Source: Candidatus Methylomirabilis limnetica (GTDB lineage Bacteria; Methylomirabilota; Methylomirabilia; Methylomirabilales; Methylomirabilaceae). Taken from it: a DNA stretch of 32,000 nt. The position numbers and the translations under genes were made by a program. The first letter of the stretch is position 1; the number at the start of each line of letters is the position of its first letter. The notes under the pieces are model-generated. The model was not told the DNA's origin, did no database searches, and saw only the letters and a list, made by a program, of their open reading frames with translations. The stretch covers positions 1-32,000 of the forward strand of contig NZ_NVQC01000011.1 in assembly GCF_003044035.1 (NCBI RefSeq), read 5' to 3'. Positions 1 through 9,359 of the stretch are shown piece by piece.

Positions 1-32
1 CGCTCTTCCAGTTGTTCAAGTGGTGTTGTCAT
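1..32 (-). CDS. 5' end of an unidentified gene running off the left edge (about 10 codons visible: MTTPLEQLEE)
   Basis: ATG at 32-30 on the minus strand is preceded by GGAGG (41-37) and lies downstream of a sigma70-like promoter. The fragment is too short to identify. Confidence 0.25.
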   Translation of the reverse strand, partial: MTTPLEQLEE

Positions 33-45
33 AAGGCCTCCTTAT

Positions 46-97
46 CTGATTGCTCAATTAACAATCAGATGATAGGCCAAAAAAAGGGAAAAGTCAA
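46..97 (-). promoter_or_regulatory. Sigma70-like promoter plus palindromic operator or leader hairpin for the left-edge gene
   Basis: On the minus strand: TTGACT (97-92), a 17-nt spacer, then TATCAT (74-69). A perfect 8-bp inverted repeat follows, TCTGATTG (46-53) and CAATCAGA (62-69), located between the -10 and the SD. Confidence 0.35.
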
Positions 98-249
98 TAT
101 TACCCATAAATTTGTCTTACACCCGCAAGGAATTTCCAACGATCCGGAACATGGCAAACACTGCAGGAACGGTCAGCCTATTCCCGCTGATCAGAAGGAC
201 TCTCCACCTCCAAGCGGGGATGTCACCCTCGGCATCGCGGTGTAGATTT

Positions 250-288
250 CAACCACAAATCCGCACCAAGATCGAAACGCCTGGCGGA
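250..288 (-). terminator. Possible intrinsic terminator downstream of the thiO-like gene
   Basis: Minus-strand hairpin ATCCGC...GCGGAT (288-258) is followed by TTTGTGGTT. It lies about 95 nt after the stop at 384. The stem is imperfect. Confidence 0.25.
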
Positions 289-383
289 TTTTAGTCGGGA
301 TGAATGCGGGATTCTTTCGGTTGATTCCACAGATCAATTCGAAATGCGTATGGAGTGTACACCAGGTGTTTTTAACGATTCAA

Positions 384-1502
384 TCAGGAAGGCCCAAATC
401 TATCTGGGGAGAAAGCTTGGAGGGGAAATGGTGGTTCTTTGTCCAGAATCAGGTCGGCGACCAACTCTCCCGTCAGTGGTCCTAGCAGGATCCCGCTACG
501 GTAGTGTCCAGTGGCTACGATCAGATTTGGAATATTCGCAAAGCGGCCGATGGCAGGCAGACCATCCGGTAGCCGGGGACGCAGTCCTGCCCATGTCCTG
601 TCGAGAGGCGCGGTCATCAGGCTTGGAACCATCGCCTTGGCGGCCTCGCACAGCTCCGCTACGCCTGCAAGGGTGGCGGTCGAAGCGAATCCCGCTTGCT
701 CTACCGTTGTTCCTATAAGGAGCTCACCGTTTAGTCGCGGAACGAGATATCCCAGTGGGCCCCAGACGAGGTGGGTCAATGGAGGGCGTTCGAAGCGAGC
801 CCGAACGATCTGGCCTCGCACGGGCTCCATGGGAAGTCTGTGGCCGATGAGATCCAGGAGGCGGCCGGACCACGCGCCGGCGCAGGCCACAATGGTATCA
901 GCCAGGATCGTTTTGCCGCCAATATTGACACCCCGCAGGCGATCTTCACCCAGAATGAAGTCGATCGCCTCGACGTTCTCAAGGATCTCGGCGCCGCCGG
1001 CACGCGCCCCCGCAGCCAGCCCGGACACTACGGTGCAGGGTCGGATGTGGGCCTCATCCGGAAAGAAGAGCGCGCCTCCTATCTTGGGATTCAGAATGGG
1101 CTCCATGGCGCGAACCTCACGTCCGGACAGCTCCTCCACGCGCAGCCCAGCCGCCCGCTGCCAGACCACTCGTCCATTCGCCGCCTCATGTTCCGTCGAA
1201 TCGAGGAGGTGCAGCAGTCCCCACTTGCAATACTCAATATCCTCTCCGGTGGCGTCCCGAAGCTCATCGGCCAGCGTCAGGTAACGATCCCTTGCGGCGA
1301 GGCAGAGGTCGAAGAAGGGCCCAGGTCCTTCCGCCTCCGCCTGAGGCGCCAGCATACCTGCAGAAGCCCGCGATGCCTCCCGCCCGAGCTGTCCACGTTC
1401 GATCAGGACGACACGCTTCACGTGAGCTCGAGTCAGGGCGTAGGCGCAGGCTACACCGATAATCCCGCCGCCAATGATGATGACATCCGCGCCTTTAGCC
1501 AT
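384..1502 (-). CDS. thiO: FAD-dependent glycine oxidase (ThiO-like, DAO family)
   Basis: 372-aa ORF. The N-terminal Rossmann motif is DVIIIGGGIIGVACAYAL. The ThiO-like C-terminal motif is ATGHYRSGILLGPLTGELVADLI. ATG at 1502 with GGAG upstream. Confidence 0.75.
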   Translation of the reverse strand: MAKGADVIIIGGGIIGVACAYALTRAHVKRVVLIERGQLGREASRASAGMLAPQAEAEGPGPFFDLCLAARDRYLTLADELRDATGEDIEYCKWGLLHLLDSTEHEAANGRVVWQRAAGLRVEELSGREVRAMEPILNPKIGGALFFPDEAHIRPCTVVSGLAAGARAGGAEILENVEAIDFILGEDRLRGVNIGGKTILADTIVACAGAWSGRLLDLIGHRLPMEPVRGQIVRARFERPPLTHLVWGPLGYLVPRLNGELLIGTTVEQAGFASTATLAGVAELCEAAKAMVPSLMTAPLDRTWAGLRPRLPDGLPAIGRFANIPNLIVATGHYRSGILLGPLTGELVADLILDKEPPFPLQAFSPDRFGPS

Positions 1503-1540
1503 AGCTATGAAGACTCCTCACGCCGCACCAAGAGATATGC

Positions 1541-1819
1541 TTAATGGTGAAAGACGATGTCTGGAAAAAGAACTAAAGTCAGGGCAACGACAAGCAGTAC
1601 TGGAACGATCGCCAGGGCGTAGATCAGCCAACTCTCAGATCTCAAGTGCATGTAGTTTAGTGCGACCAGTACGGCTTTTACCGCTGCAATGGCAAAGATC
1701 AGATTATTGATAGCCGACTTTCCCAATGGCAAACGGGTTGCGAGGACCCCGGCGACCATTAACACGAGCAGCCACACCCAGATGGTCACATAGTTGGGAT
1801 GAACCCGTTCAGGAGTCAC
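1541..1819 (-). CDS. Cytochrome c oxidase subunit IV (prokaryotic COX4_pro type)
   Basis: 92-aa three-TM ORF with the AVKAVLVALNYMHL motif typical of bacterial subunit IV/CyoD-like proteins. GTG start at 1819 sits 6 nt after GGAGG. Confidence 0.7.
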   Translation of the reverse strand: MTPERVHPNYVTIWVWLLVLMVAGVLATRLPLGKSAINNLIFAIAAVKAVLVALNYMHLRSESWLIYALAIVPVLLVVALTLVLFPDIVFHH

Positions 1820-1881
1820 TTGGGCCCTCCTTCAGGCAAGAGCGTCGCCGCTCCTCAGCGGTATGTGCAGCAAGGCTAGAC

Positions 1882-1910
1882 ATTATAGTGAATGGCCTCG
1901 GCCTTGTAGG
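1882..1910 (-). promoter_or_regulatory. Possible internal promoter for coxIV-thiO
   Basis: Perfect TATAAT on the minus strand (1887-1882). The -35 at 17-nt spacing is weak (CCTACA, 1910-1905) and overlaps the edge of the REP-like element. Confidence 0.25.
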
Positions 1911-1975
1911 GGCAGGGCTTGCCCTGCCCGGGCATTGCGTAATCCCGAGAAGGGCGCAGCAAGCAGCGCCCCTAC
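1906..1975. repeat. REP-like GC-rich palindromic element
   Basis: Outer stem GTAGGGGC (1906-1913) pairs with GCCCCTAC (1968-1975). It encloses the inner palindrome GCAGGGCTTGCCCTGC. The element is intergenic. Confidence 0.5.
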
Positions 1976-2042
1976 GATCCGGATGACGCGTTGACGAGTT
2001 ATAGTCGCCCACACAATTTGCGGAAGACCCATAATACATTTG

Positions 2043-2272
2043 GTAACTACTCAGGTGTTTAGACTGAAGGCTGAAGGCTCTGAATTATCTCGCAAGACAC
2101 GAATCAAGCCGTTCAAGACCTTCTCGGTTTATATGACTTTTGGTTCAACCAGATAAACCAACATTGCTACTTCATCAGCCAACTCAAATGCCCGAAGTTT
2201 TGTGTGATCAGAACACGATTACCCCTAACAGCCTTCAGCCTTCAGCCTTCAGTCTATCTACCTTGTAGTTAC
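2043..2272 (-). mobile_element. MITE copy 1 (230 bp) of the GTAAC...CTGAAGG-heptamer TIR family
   Basis: Left end: GTAACTACTCAGGTGTTTAGACTGAAGGCTGAAGGCT. Right end is its inverted complement with three AGCCTTC heptamers, ending CCTTGTAGTTAC. Internal core is shared with the other copies (CGAATCAAGCCGTTCAAGACCTTCTCGG). No ORF. Flanks are only imperfectly duplicated (CATTTG vs CATTTCAG). Confidence 0.75.
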
Positions 2273-2276
2273 CATT

Positions 2277-2849
2277 TCAGTACGAAAGGTAGAGAAGCGG
2301 GAAGAGGAAGATCCAGACGATGTCAACAAAGTGCCAGTACAGCCCCGCAATCTCGATGCGATAGCCGGTGCTCAACCCCCTCCCTGCCGCAAGAAACAGG
2401 ATGAAGTTCACAATAGCCCCGGCAATGACGTGTAGCATGTGCAGTCCCGTCAGCGCGTAGTAGAAGGACCAGAAGGAACCGCTCCACGGTACGGCGCCCT
2501 CCATGATGTGGGAGGTGTACTCATAGGATTTAATTCCGAGGAACGTCAGCCCGAGCAGGGTGGTAAGCAGCAGAAACCTTTGCGCCCCACGCTGATCCGC
2601 CTTTTGGTAGGCGTCAAAGGCCATCGCCATGGTCATGCTGCTGGTAAGCAGGACAAAGGTGTTGATCGTCGCCAGGGAGGTGCTTAGATGGGCGGCTTCT
2701 GCCGACCATCCCGGGCTGGCCGCCCGAGCCAGGATATAACTGCCTACGGCGGTTCCAAAAATCATCACCTCAGAGGCGATCACGAACCAGATGGCGATCT
2801 TGCCTCGAAGCGCGGGGGTGAACTGTTCGGATACGACCGCCATACGCAT
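2277..2849 (-). CDS. ctaE: Cytochrome c oxidase subunit III
   Basis: 190-aa polytopic ORF with the subunit III motifs FWSFYYALTGLHMLHVIAG and YWHFVDIVWIFLFPLLY. Its start overlaps the subunit I stop (TAATG). Confidence 0.85.
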   Translation of the reverse strand: MRMAVVSEQFTPALRGKIAIWFVIASEVMIFGTAVGSYILARAASPGWSAEAAHLSTSLATINTFVLLTSSMTMAMAFDAYQKADQRGAQRFLLLTTLLGLTFLGIKSYEYTSHIMEGAVPWSGSFWSFYYALTGLHMLHVIAGAIVNFILFLAAGRGLSTGYRIEIAGLYWHFVDIVWIFLFPLLYLSY

Positions 2850-4585
2850 TATCGCCCGTCCTGGGCAGCTCCCGACACCGGGGCACGATCCTGCGGAAGA
2901 TAATCTTCACGAATGCCGGGAGGGCTGTACTCATACGGGCCGCGGTAAACGGTTGGGGTCGCTTCTCCCCAGTTGTCATGAGGCGGCGGAGAGAGGGCTG
3001 TCCACTCGAGTGTTGCTGCCTCCCAGGGGTTGCGCTCCGCCTTTCTGCCGGCCACGATACTCCAGGCAAAGTTGATCAGGAATGGAATCTGGGCGATGAT
3101 GAGCCCAATCGCACTTATCGTAATCTGGATGTTAAGCGGTTGAACCGCTTTCAGGAACTCGTACTGGAGCGGGTTGGCGATACGACGCGGCATCCCGGCG
3201 AGGCCGACGGCATGCATCGGGAAGAAGGTGAGATTAAAGAACAGGAAGGTGAGCAGAAAGTGTAGTTTTCCCATGGGTTCATTCATCATCCGACCGAACA
3301 TCTTTGGAAACCAGAAGTAGAGGCCGGTAAAACCGCCAAATATGACGACGCTCAACAGGGTGTAGTGGAAGTGGGCCACGACGAAGTGGGTACCGTGAAT
3401 CTGGATGTTGGCCGGCGCCGAGCCGTTTACGATGCCGGTGAGTCCTCCGAGAATGAACATGGCGATAAAGCCCAAGGCCCAGAGCATCGGGGGCGCAAGG
3501 CGGATCGAGCCTTTCCATAGGGTAAAAATCATCGAGAACAAAATGAGCGCAAGTGGTACAGAGATCAGGATGGTGGCAATACTAAACGGCATGACGAGCC
3601 GGGGATCCATGCCGCTGATGAACATGTGATGCGCCCAGACGATAAAGCTGAGGACCCCCGTGATGAGGGTCGAGTAGATAATCCACCGATAGCCAAAGAT
3701 TGGTTTCCTCGAGAAGACAGCCAGGACCTCTATCACCGCCCCAAGCCCTGGCAACAGGATGACGTAGACCTCAGGATGGCCGAAGAACCAGAAGAGATGC
3801 TCCCAGAGCAGGGGGTCGCCACCCCCTTCGGGTACAAAGAAGCTGGTTCCCAGGAGCCGATCCATCAAGAGCATTACGGCTGCCGCGATCAGCGGTCCCA
3901 CAGAGAGCAAGAAAATGACGGAAGCGGTGAGTAGCTGCCAAATAATGATCGGAAGACGGAAAAAGGTCATCCCCGGTGCCCGCATAGTGATCGCGGTGGT
4001 GAGAAAATTGACGCCGCCGATTAGGAAAGAGCTGAACTCAAGGGCGTGAGCGATAAGCCAGAGGTTTATCCCCCAGTTCACACCGGTATATTCTGCCCTT
4101 GCGCTCAGCGGCGCATAGCCGGTCCAACCGGCGGAGGCCCCACCAGCGGGAACGAAGAATGATGTTAAGATCAGAAGAGCAGAGACCGCGAGGATCCAAA
4201 AGGAGAGCATGTTGAGCCGCGGGAAGGCCATATCCCTGGCCCCGATCATAAGCGGGATCAGAAAGTTTCCAAATGCCCCCAGCAAGATCGGCATTGCCAC
4301 AAAGAACACCATGATCGTGCCGTGATTGGTGACGAGAGCGTTGTACGTCTCCGGCCCCACAAAGCCGAATCCAGGGATTGACGTGTCGGGAAAGGCAAGC
4401 TGCCATCGCATCACATAGGCCAGGTAGCCCCCCACAAAGGCCATAAAGAGGCCGAGGGAGAGATACTGCTTGGCGATCGTTTTGTGATCGGTTGTGAAGA
4501 TATACGTACGCCAAAAGCCGAGCTCCCCATGTGCGGCGTGGATAACGGCCGAGGGAATGGGGGCTACTCCTGGGGGATGGCTCAT
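2849..4585 (-). CDS. ctaD: Cytochrome c oxidase subunit I (heme-copper oxidase, A-type)
   Basis: 578-aa ORF with WFFGHPEVYVILLPGLG (CuB His-Tyr region), VWAHHMF and HFHYTLL motifs. Confidence 0.95.
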   Translation of the reverse strand: MSHPPGVAPIPSAVIHAAHGELGFWRTYIFTTDHKTIAKQYLSLGLFMAFVGGYLAYVMRWQLAFPDTSIPGFGFVGPETYNALVTNHGTIMVFFVAMPILLGAFGNFLIPLMIGARDMAFPRLNMLSFWILAVSALLILTSFFVPAGGASAGWTGYAPLSARAEYTGVNWGINLWLIAHALEFSSFLIGGVNFLTTAITMRAPGMTFFRLPIIIWQLLTASVIFLLSVGPLIAAAVMLLMDRLLGTSFFVPEGGGDPLLWEHLFWFFGHPEVYVILLPGLGAVIEVLAVFSRKPIFGYRWIIYSTLITGVLSFIVWAHHMFISGMDPRLVMPFSIATILISVPLALILFSMIFTLWKGSIRLAPPMLWALGFIAMFILGGLTGIVNGSAPANIQIHGTHFVVAHFHYTLLSVVIFGGFTGLYFWFPKMFGRMMNEPMGKLHFLLTFLFFNLTFFPMHAVGLAGMPRRIANPLQYEFLKAVQPLNIQITISAIGLIIAQIPFLINFAWSIVAGRKAERNPWEAATLEWTALSPPPHDNWGEATPTVYRGPYEYSPPGIREDYLPQDRAPVSGAAQDGR

Positions 4586-4592
4586 GGTTGGT

Positions 4593-5306
4593 CTATTTCC
4601 TTGAGAGAGCTTTGCGTGGCAGTGCTTCTGCCATTACGGAAGGCCACTGTTCTTTCACCCACTTGTCGTATTCCTCAGCAGTGTGGACGGTCAAATGTCC
4701 GATCATCCCGGAGTGACCGAATCCGCAGAGTTCTGCGCAGGGGATCTCGAACACGCCGGTCTTGGTGGCCTGGAACCAGGCGGGAAACTCACGTCCTGGT
4801 ACAGCGTTCTGCTGTAGTCGCAGGTTGGGTAGGAACAGACTGTGAATGACATCCTTTGACTTGAGGGTGATACCGACGACCTTGTTCACTGCAACGTGCA
4901 GCTCATTGTCCATCTGAAGATCATCCGCCGTCCCGAACTGGCCATCCGGCCCTGGATAGAGGATCTCCCAGTTAAACTGCTTTCCAGTCACCTGCACCTG
5001 AAGCTCGCTTGGCGGCACGTTAATCCTGGCCTTTGCCCATGCATCGCCTGATCGAAAATCGAGCCACAAATCGAGCACGAGGACGAGCGCGGTCGGGATA
5101 AGAATCCACGCAACCTGCGAAAACTTCTCGCCCGTGATGTAGGTGGCACGCCGTCCCTCGCGCTGGCGGAAGAGTAGAACGAAGCCGAGCATGGCCCCAA
5201 TGGTCACAATGAACCATGCCAGCGTGATGTAATAGATCAGCCAGAAGAGAGAGTCAATCTCTCCCCCATAGGTTGAGATATTCTCAGGAAGCCAGCTCAG
5301 GAACAT
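4593..5306 (-). CDS. ctaC: Cytochrome c oxidase subunit II (CuA subunit)
   Basis: 237-aa ORF with two N-terminal TM helices and the CuA site CAELCGFGHSGM. It ends 7 nt upstream of subunit I. Confidence 0.9.
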   Translation of the reverse strand: MFLSWLPENISTYGGEIDSLFWLIYYITLAWFIVTIGAMLGFVLLFRQREGRRATYITGEKFSQVAWILIPTALVLVLDLWLDFRSGDAWAKARINVPPSELQVQVTGKQFNWEILYPGPDGQFGTADDLQMDNELHVAVNKVVGITLKSKDVIHSLFLPNLRLQQNAVPGREFPAWFQATKTGVFEIPCAELCGFGHSGMIGHLTVHTAEEYDKWVKEQWPSVMAEALPRKALSRK

Positions 5307-5373
5307 ACCTCATCCGCCCCAATCAGAGTCACTACGTTGTGATAGGCACACAGCGAAAGAAGAACCAAAAGCG

Positions 5374-5402
5374 TTTCTAACATTCACCTCAAATAGTGTC
5401 AA
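5374..5402 (-). promoter_or_regulatory. Candidate sigma70 promoter of the cox genes
   Basis: On the minus strand: TTGACA (5402-5397), a 17-nt spacer, then TAGAAA (5379-5374) with TGT immediately upstream (extended -10). It lies about 70 nt upstream of the coxII ATG. Confidence 0.3.
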
Positions 5403-5435
5403 CGTTAATTCTCGAGTCTATCCCGCAAACCCCCG

Positions 5436-5465
5436 TTCACCCTTCGACACGCTCAGGGCGAACGA
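5436..5465. repeat. REP-like hairpin or possible terminator after the DUF748 gene
   Basis: CGTTCACCC-N12-GGGCGAACG inverted repeat (8 of 9 bp) lies 30 nt past the stop at 5496. There is no T-tract. Confidence 0.3.
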
Positions 5466-5495
5466 TGAATGTAAAGAAGCGTTAGACGCACTACT

Positions 5496-8400
5496 CTAGC
5501 GGATTGTGAAATCAACGCGGCTATCCTTCAGCGTGTTGCGTTTCTCGGGCGCCAATGACTTGGGCTCAATGATGAACAGTCGCCCCTGCTCAACCTCGCC
5601 CGATCGTAGGATGGCATCCTTGACCTTCATGGCACGTTGAGAGGCCAGCAGCCGCAGGCCATCATCATTAACCTGGGTGTGTGTCAGCATCAGCTTTTCC
5701 ATTTCGGGGACCGGAAGGTCCTTCGCAAACCCCACGAGGTTGCGTGGCTTGGGAAACGTTTCCGCCTTGTAGGCTAGCCTCAGGAATGGCTCGTACTCCG
5801 CTGGTTCAAGGTTCAATTCAGCGACCGGGATCGACGCCTGTCCTTGTTTGAGGCGCTGATTGAATTTCTGGACCTTCAGCTTCCTCATGAACTCACGCTG
5901 CCGTAGCCCCTCTCTGTCCTTCTCAACATCAACATGGCCTTCGATCTCGAGCTTTAGCGAGGGCCGCTCATACAGCGCCTTAACCAGCATCTCGATCTTT
6001 TTCGCGTTTGTATCGGCCACAGTAGCGCTCCCTGGCTCGTACTCGAGATACCCCAGTTCCTCCCCACCCCCGATAAGCGCTCCGAGTAGGGCAAATGGGG
6101 CCGTCGCTGCCTTTGAGAGAAGGTTGACGAGGATCTGTAGGACAACCTTCCAGACTCTGAATTCAGGGTCATCAAGGCTGCCGGTCACCGGGAGATCCAG
6201 ACGGATCTCTCCATTTCTGTCCTTGAGGAGGGCGATGGCCAATCTGACAGGCAGATTTGTTGCAGTGGGGCTTTCTACCTTCTCTCCCAGGGTAAACTGA
6301 TCCAGGAACAGATTATTTTTGGAATCTAGCTTCCGGTTGGCAATCTGATAATTCAGATCGAAGGAGAGCTTGCCCTTCTCGACCGTGTAGCCAACGTATT
6401 TTCCCGAGTAGGGGGTCGCGGAGCTCAGGTCCATGTCCTTGAACCCGGCTTTCAGGTCTACAAAGAGGTCGTCGCGCAGCGGGTTGATCTTGCCCACGAT
6501 CTCGAGGGGGGCAAACTGGTTGACCTTACCCCTGAGCTCAACATCCGCGAGTGTGGCTTCACCGGACGACAGTCCGGTCACCCTTCCACCGATCTCTGTC
6601 AGGTCGACGGAATAGGCCGGCTTGAGTGATGCGTCTGAAAAGCTGATGTGTCCCCCCTGAAGCGTGACCGTCCGGATTTGAACATCAGTACCGGCCTTGC
6701 CGGATGTCTCGCTGGGGGTGGGCTGCGGGGCGGTCGGCGACGTATCTGGAGAAGTCGGTTTTTCCTCGACTGTCCCCTTTTCCATGATTTGTGCAAGATT
6801 GACCGAGCCGTCCGGATGAACGATCAGACGGGCGTAGAAGTCGGTCAGCGCAACCTTAGCGATATGGACGTACGTCGGATTATAGCCTACATCGAGGTCG
6901 CCGAACGCAAGGGATTGCCAGGTCAGAAAATCCTGTGCGTGAGCCTTATCAACCGATCCGAACTGCACTGCGGACAGATTGCCCTTGTAGGCAGCCTGCA
7001 GGCCGGATCCTTCCTGGTGGTTTAACGAGAGATTGCCGTCGGTTGATACGGTGCCTCTCGTGACGTGGATCTTGACCCGATCGGTGAAATAGGGTTGAAA
7101 CGGGCGGAGATCGATCGCCTTGAGGCTCACGGCCAATTGCGCGGACAGCGGGGCAATACCGACCGGGCCCTTGACCGTGGCCGTTCCCCCCTTATTCAGA
7201 CGGAAAGAGACGACGGTCGTACCCTGGCGATCTTTTCTGGTCGTAAGGTTATCGGCCCTCACGCTGATTTCCTGGGCGACGAGGTTGGCCGGCTCGGCAG
7301 GCGTATGATCTTCAGCATTCTTCTCAGCTTTTATTGAGATCGCCGTAGCCGTATCCGAAAAGGAGAGCATCCCCTTACTCAGTTGAAACGTATCGATGTC
7401 CACTACAGCAGAGGTGGCTGTAGTATCTTGAGCCTTGACATCGGTGCGCGTATCCGGATTCGCGGGAAAGAGGGTCTGAATGTTGGTTACCCCGGACGGA
7501 TCGCGCCTGATAAACAGTTCTGGTGATTCCAGCGTTACGGATGCCACATGAAACAGCCTGGCAAGAGGTTCCGTAGGCGCGAGCACGACGTCTAAAAGGG
7601 GAAGCGCCAGAAGCGGTCGATCCTGTGCGTCGCTGACGGCAAGCTGGCGCAAGGCGATGCGGCCTTCTACCGTCAGCGCGGGTTGTGGGTGTTGAATAAA
7701 TAACAGTTTCGCTTTGAGGGACATCTTCCCCGAACGGATCGTAAAGTTGGTCTTAACCGGCATATAGGTGAGATAGTAAGGAATATCGAGATCGGTGACA
7801 TCGATGTCGAAAGTGGTCTCCAGGGAGGAGGCAAACGGTTTTGTCTTGCCTTCAAGGATATACCGGCTGTCGTTGATCATTGCCGACACCCTGGGCGCAA
7901 CCGATGTATCGATATGGTATGGGTAATTCGAGAGAAACGGGAGGGCGATGTTCAGGTCCCTGACGGTATGATTGGTCTGCCTTGGCTGATCGAGGAGGTC
8001 CATGCTGCCGTCCACGATCCGAATATTATTGAATGAAAACTTGCGGGGGGCTGCTCCGCCACCCTGACCCGAGTCGCCCGCCCCCAGGAGATCGGAGAAG
8101 TTGTAGGAGCCGTCCTGATGACGGACGATCCGGATGTAGGGTCGATCTATGCGCACATCCTTTAGAATTACAGCCCAGCGGAGCGCGGAAACACTTTGGA
8201 GATTAATGAAGAGTTGATCAAACGATACGAACGTATCGGGCGCCTCGCGGTCCTTGACCATGACACCTCTGACGGTCAGTGAGAGCGTGAGCGGATTGAT
8301 CTTGATCTGTTGGATCGTCACCTCGCGGTGGAGCGTATCCGAGAGTGTTCGCATCAGAAACGATCGCATAAGTGGGGGGAGGCCAAGAAATGCGAAGAGG

Positions 8401-8498
8401 GCCACGGCCACAAAGACCGCGCCGGACCAGATGAGCAGTTTCCTCAGACGCTGCATGGGCATCAGTCGGCCCAACAACGATACCACCGAGGGTCTCAT
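5496..8498 (-). CDS. Large DUF748 / AsmA-like envelope protein (about 1000 aa, N-terminal TM anchor)
   Basis: Long ORF with an N-terminal TM helix (LLIWSGAVFVAVALFAFLGL), repeated beta-rich segments, RHQDGSYNFSDLL, and C-terminal LPVTGSLDDPEFRVWKVVLQILVNLLSKAATAPFALL. I place the start at ATG 8498, which overlaps the mscS stop (ATGA). The track's 42-aa upstream extension would overlap mscS. Confidence 0.7.
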   Translation of the reverse strand: MRPSVVSLLGRLMPMQRLRKLLIWSGAVFVAVALFAFLGLPPLMRSFLMRTLSDTLHREVTIQQIKINPLTLSLTVRGVMVKDREAPDTFVSFDQLFINLQSVSALRWAVILKDVRIDRPYIRIVRHQDGSYNFSDLLGAGDSGQGGGAAPRKFSFNNIRIVDGSMDLLDQPRQTNHTVRDLNIALPFLSNYPYHIDTSVAPRVSAMINDSRYILEGKTKPFASSLETTFDIDVTDLDIPYYLTYMPVKTNFTIRSGKMSLKAKLLFIQHPQPALTVEGRIALRQLAVSDAQDRPLLALPLLDVVLAPTEPLARLFHVASVTLESPELFIRRDPSGVTNIQTLFPANPDTRTDVKAQDTTATSAVVDIDTFQLSKGMLSFSDTATAISIKAEKNAEDHTPAEPANLVAQEISVRADNLTTRKDRQGTTVVSFRLNKGGTATVKGPVGIAPLSAQLAVSLKAIDLRPFQPYFTDRVKIHVTRGTVSTDGNLSLNHQEGSGLQAAYKGNLSAVQFGSVDKAHAQDFLTWQSLAFGDLDVGYNPTYVHIAKVALTDFYARLIVHPDGSVNLAQIMEKGTVEEKPTSPDTSPTAPQPTPSETSGKAGTDVQIRTVTLQGGHISFSDASLKPAYSVDLTEIGGRVTGLSSGEATLADVELRGKVNQFAPLEIVGKINPLRDDLFVDLKAGFKDMDLSSATPYSGKYVGYTVEKGKLSFDLNYQIANRKLDSKNNLFLDQFTLGEKVESPTATNLPVRLAIALLKDRNGEIRLDLPVTGSLDDPEFRVWKVVLQILVNLLSKAATAPFALLGALIGGGEELGYLEYEPGSATVADTNAKKIEMLVKALYERPSLKLEIEGHVDVEKDREGLRQREFMRKLKVQKFNQRLKQGQASIPVAELNLEPAEYEPFLRLAYKAETFPKPRNLVGFAKDLPVPEMEKLMLTHTQVNDDGLRLLASQRAMKVKDAILRSGEVEQGRLFIIEPKSLAPEKRNTLKDSRVDFTIR

Positions 8499-9301
8499 GA
8501 TCCGGACAGCAGACGCACCTCCCGCTGCGGAAGCGGGATGCCGATGCGACCGTCCTGAAATCGCTCCACAATTGTTTGGTAAAGCTCCGCCTGGGCAGTC
8601 TCGTAATCGTCGACCTTGACCCACGGACGGATCGAGATGACGATGGCCGAATCACCGAGCATACTGATACCCACTAAAGGGATCGGCTCTTTCAGTACGT
8701 ATGCGCTGCCCTCAAGCACTTGTCGCACGAGACCCATCGTATCGTTCAGGTCCGTACCGTACGCGACGCCTACCTTTAAGTTCAGTTGTCGCATGGTCCC
8801 ATAATTGTGCAGGATCTCTCCAACGATCTTGCGGTTCGGAATGACGATCTTCGACATGTCCGGATGAACGAGCGTCGTCGAGAAAAGATCGATCATATGG
8901 ACCTCACCCTGCTCCCCAGCCAGATCGATGTACTCGCCGACACGATACGGTTTTGTAAAGATGATAGTCAGGCCCGCAACGACGTTGCTCAGAACGCCCT
9001 GGAGCGCCAGTCCTATGCCGAGCCCGAACACGCCGATGCCGGCGAGAAAGGGTGACATCTGGATTCCCAGGTTGCCAAGCACCACCACGACCGTGAGGAG
9101 AACGACTACCACCCGGACAAGGCGGACGAGCAGTGTTCTGACTGGAGGCTCAATATGCTGACGCAAGGTCCATGTGCTAACGACGTTCCCGATCCATCGC
9201 GCTCCGAGTAGACCAGCCGCCAGGAGAATAATGGCCCCTAGAACCTGAAACCCGTAACGGATCAAGAGGTCGATCATGAGTGCTACCGGCGGCATCGTCA
9301 T
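8495..9301 (-). CDS. mscS: Small-conductance mechanosensitive channel (MscS family)
   Basis: 268-aa ORF with three TM helices, the pore helix GIGVFGLGIGLALQGVLSNVVAGLTIIF and the beta domain YRVGEYIDLAGEQGEV. GGAGG sits 8 nt upstream of the ATG. Confidence 0.85.
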   Translation of the reverse strand: MTMPPVALMIDLLIRYGFQVLGAIILLAAGLLGARWIGNVVSTWTLRQHIEPPVRTLLVRLVRVVVVLLTVVVVLGNLGIQMSPFLAGIGVFGLGIGLALQGVLSNVVAGLTIIFTKPYRVGEYIDLAGEQGEVHMIDLFSTTLVHPDMSKIVIPNRKIVGEILHNYGTMRQLNLKVGVAYGTDLNDTMGLVRQVLEGSAYVLKEPIPLVGISMLGDSAIVISIRPWVKVDDYETAQAELYQTIVERFQDGRIGIPLPQREVRLLSGS

Positions 9302-9359
9302 GGTGCGAACCTCCGCTGTGTGTCGTGGACCATCGATGTAATCCTCGTGTGCATTAGTA

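Noticed and set aside
33-383. Possible TPP riboswitch near the thiO-like gene.
   Set aside because: I looked on both strands for the conserved CUGAGA and ACCUGAUCUGGAUAAUGCCAGCG elements. I found only a loose CTGATCAGCGGGAATAGGCTGAC resemblance with no CUGAGA partner. In addition, thiO has only a 38-nt leader after coxIV.
511-1544. Long plus-strand ORFs (511-1284 and 771-1544, 257 aa each) opposite the thiO-like gene.
   Set aside because: They have the Arg/Ser/Pro-rich, motif-free composition typical of antisense frames in GC-rich coding DNA. The minus-strand frame carries clear FAD-oxidase motifs. The same reasoning applies to the many other antisense track ORFs inside cox, DUF748, nrdJ, lysC, pheA and other genes.
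8499-8624. A 42-codon N-terminal extension of the DUF748 ORF, as given in the track (start at 8624).
   Set aside because: It would overlap the 3' end of mscS by 130 nt in another frame and encodes an Arg/Gly/Ala-rich, non-membrane sequence. The ATG at 8498 gives an ATGA stop-start overlap and a protein that begins just before the TM helix.
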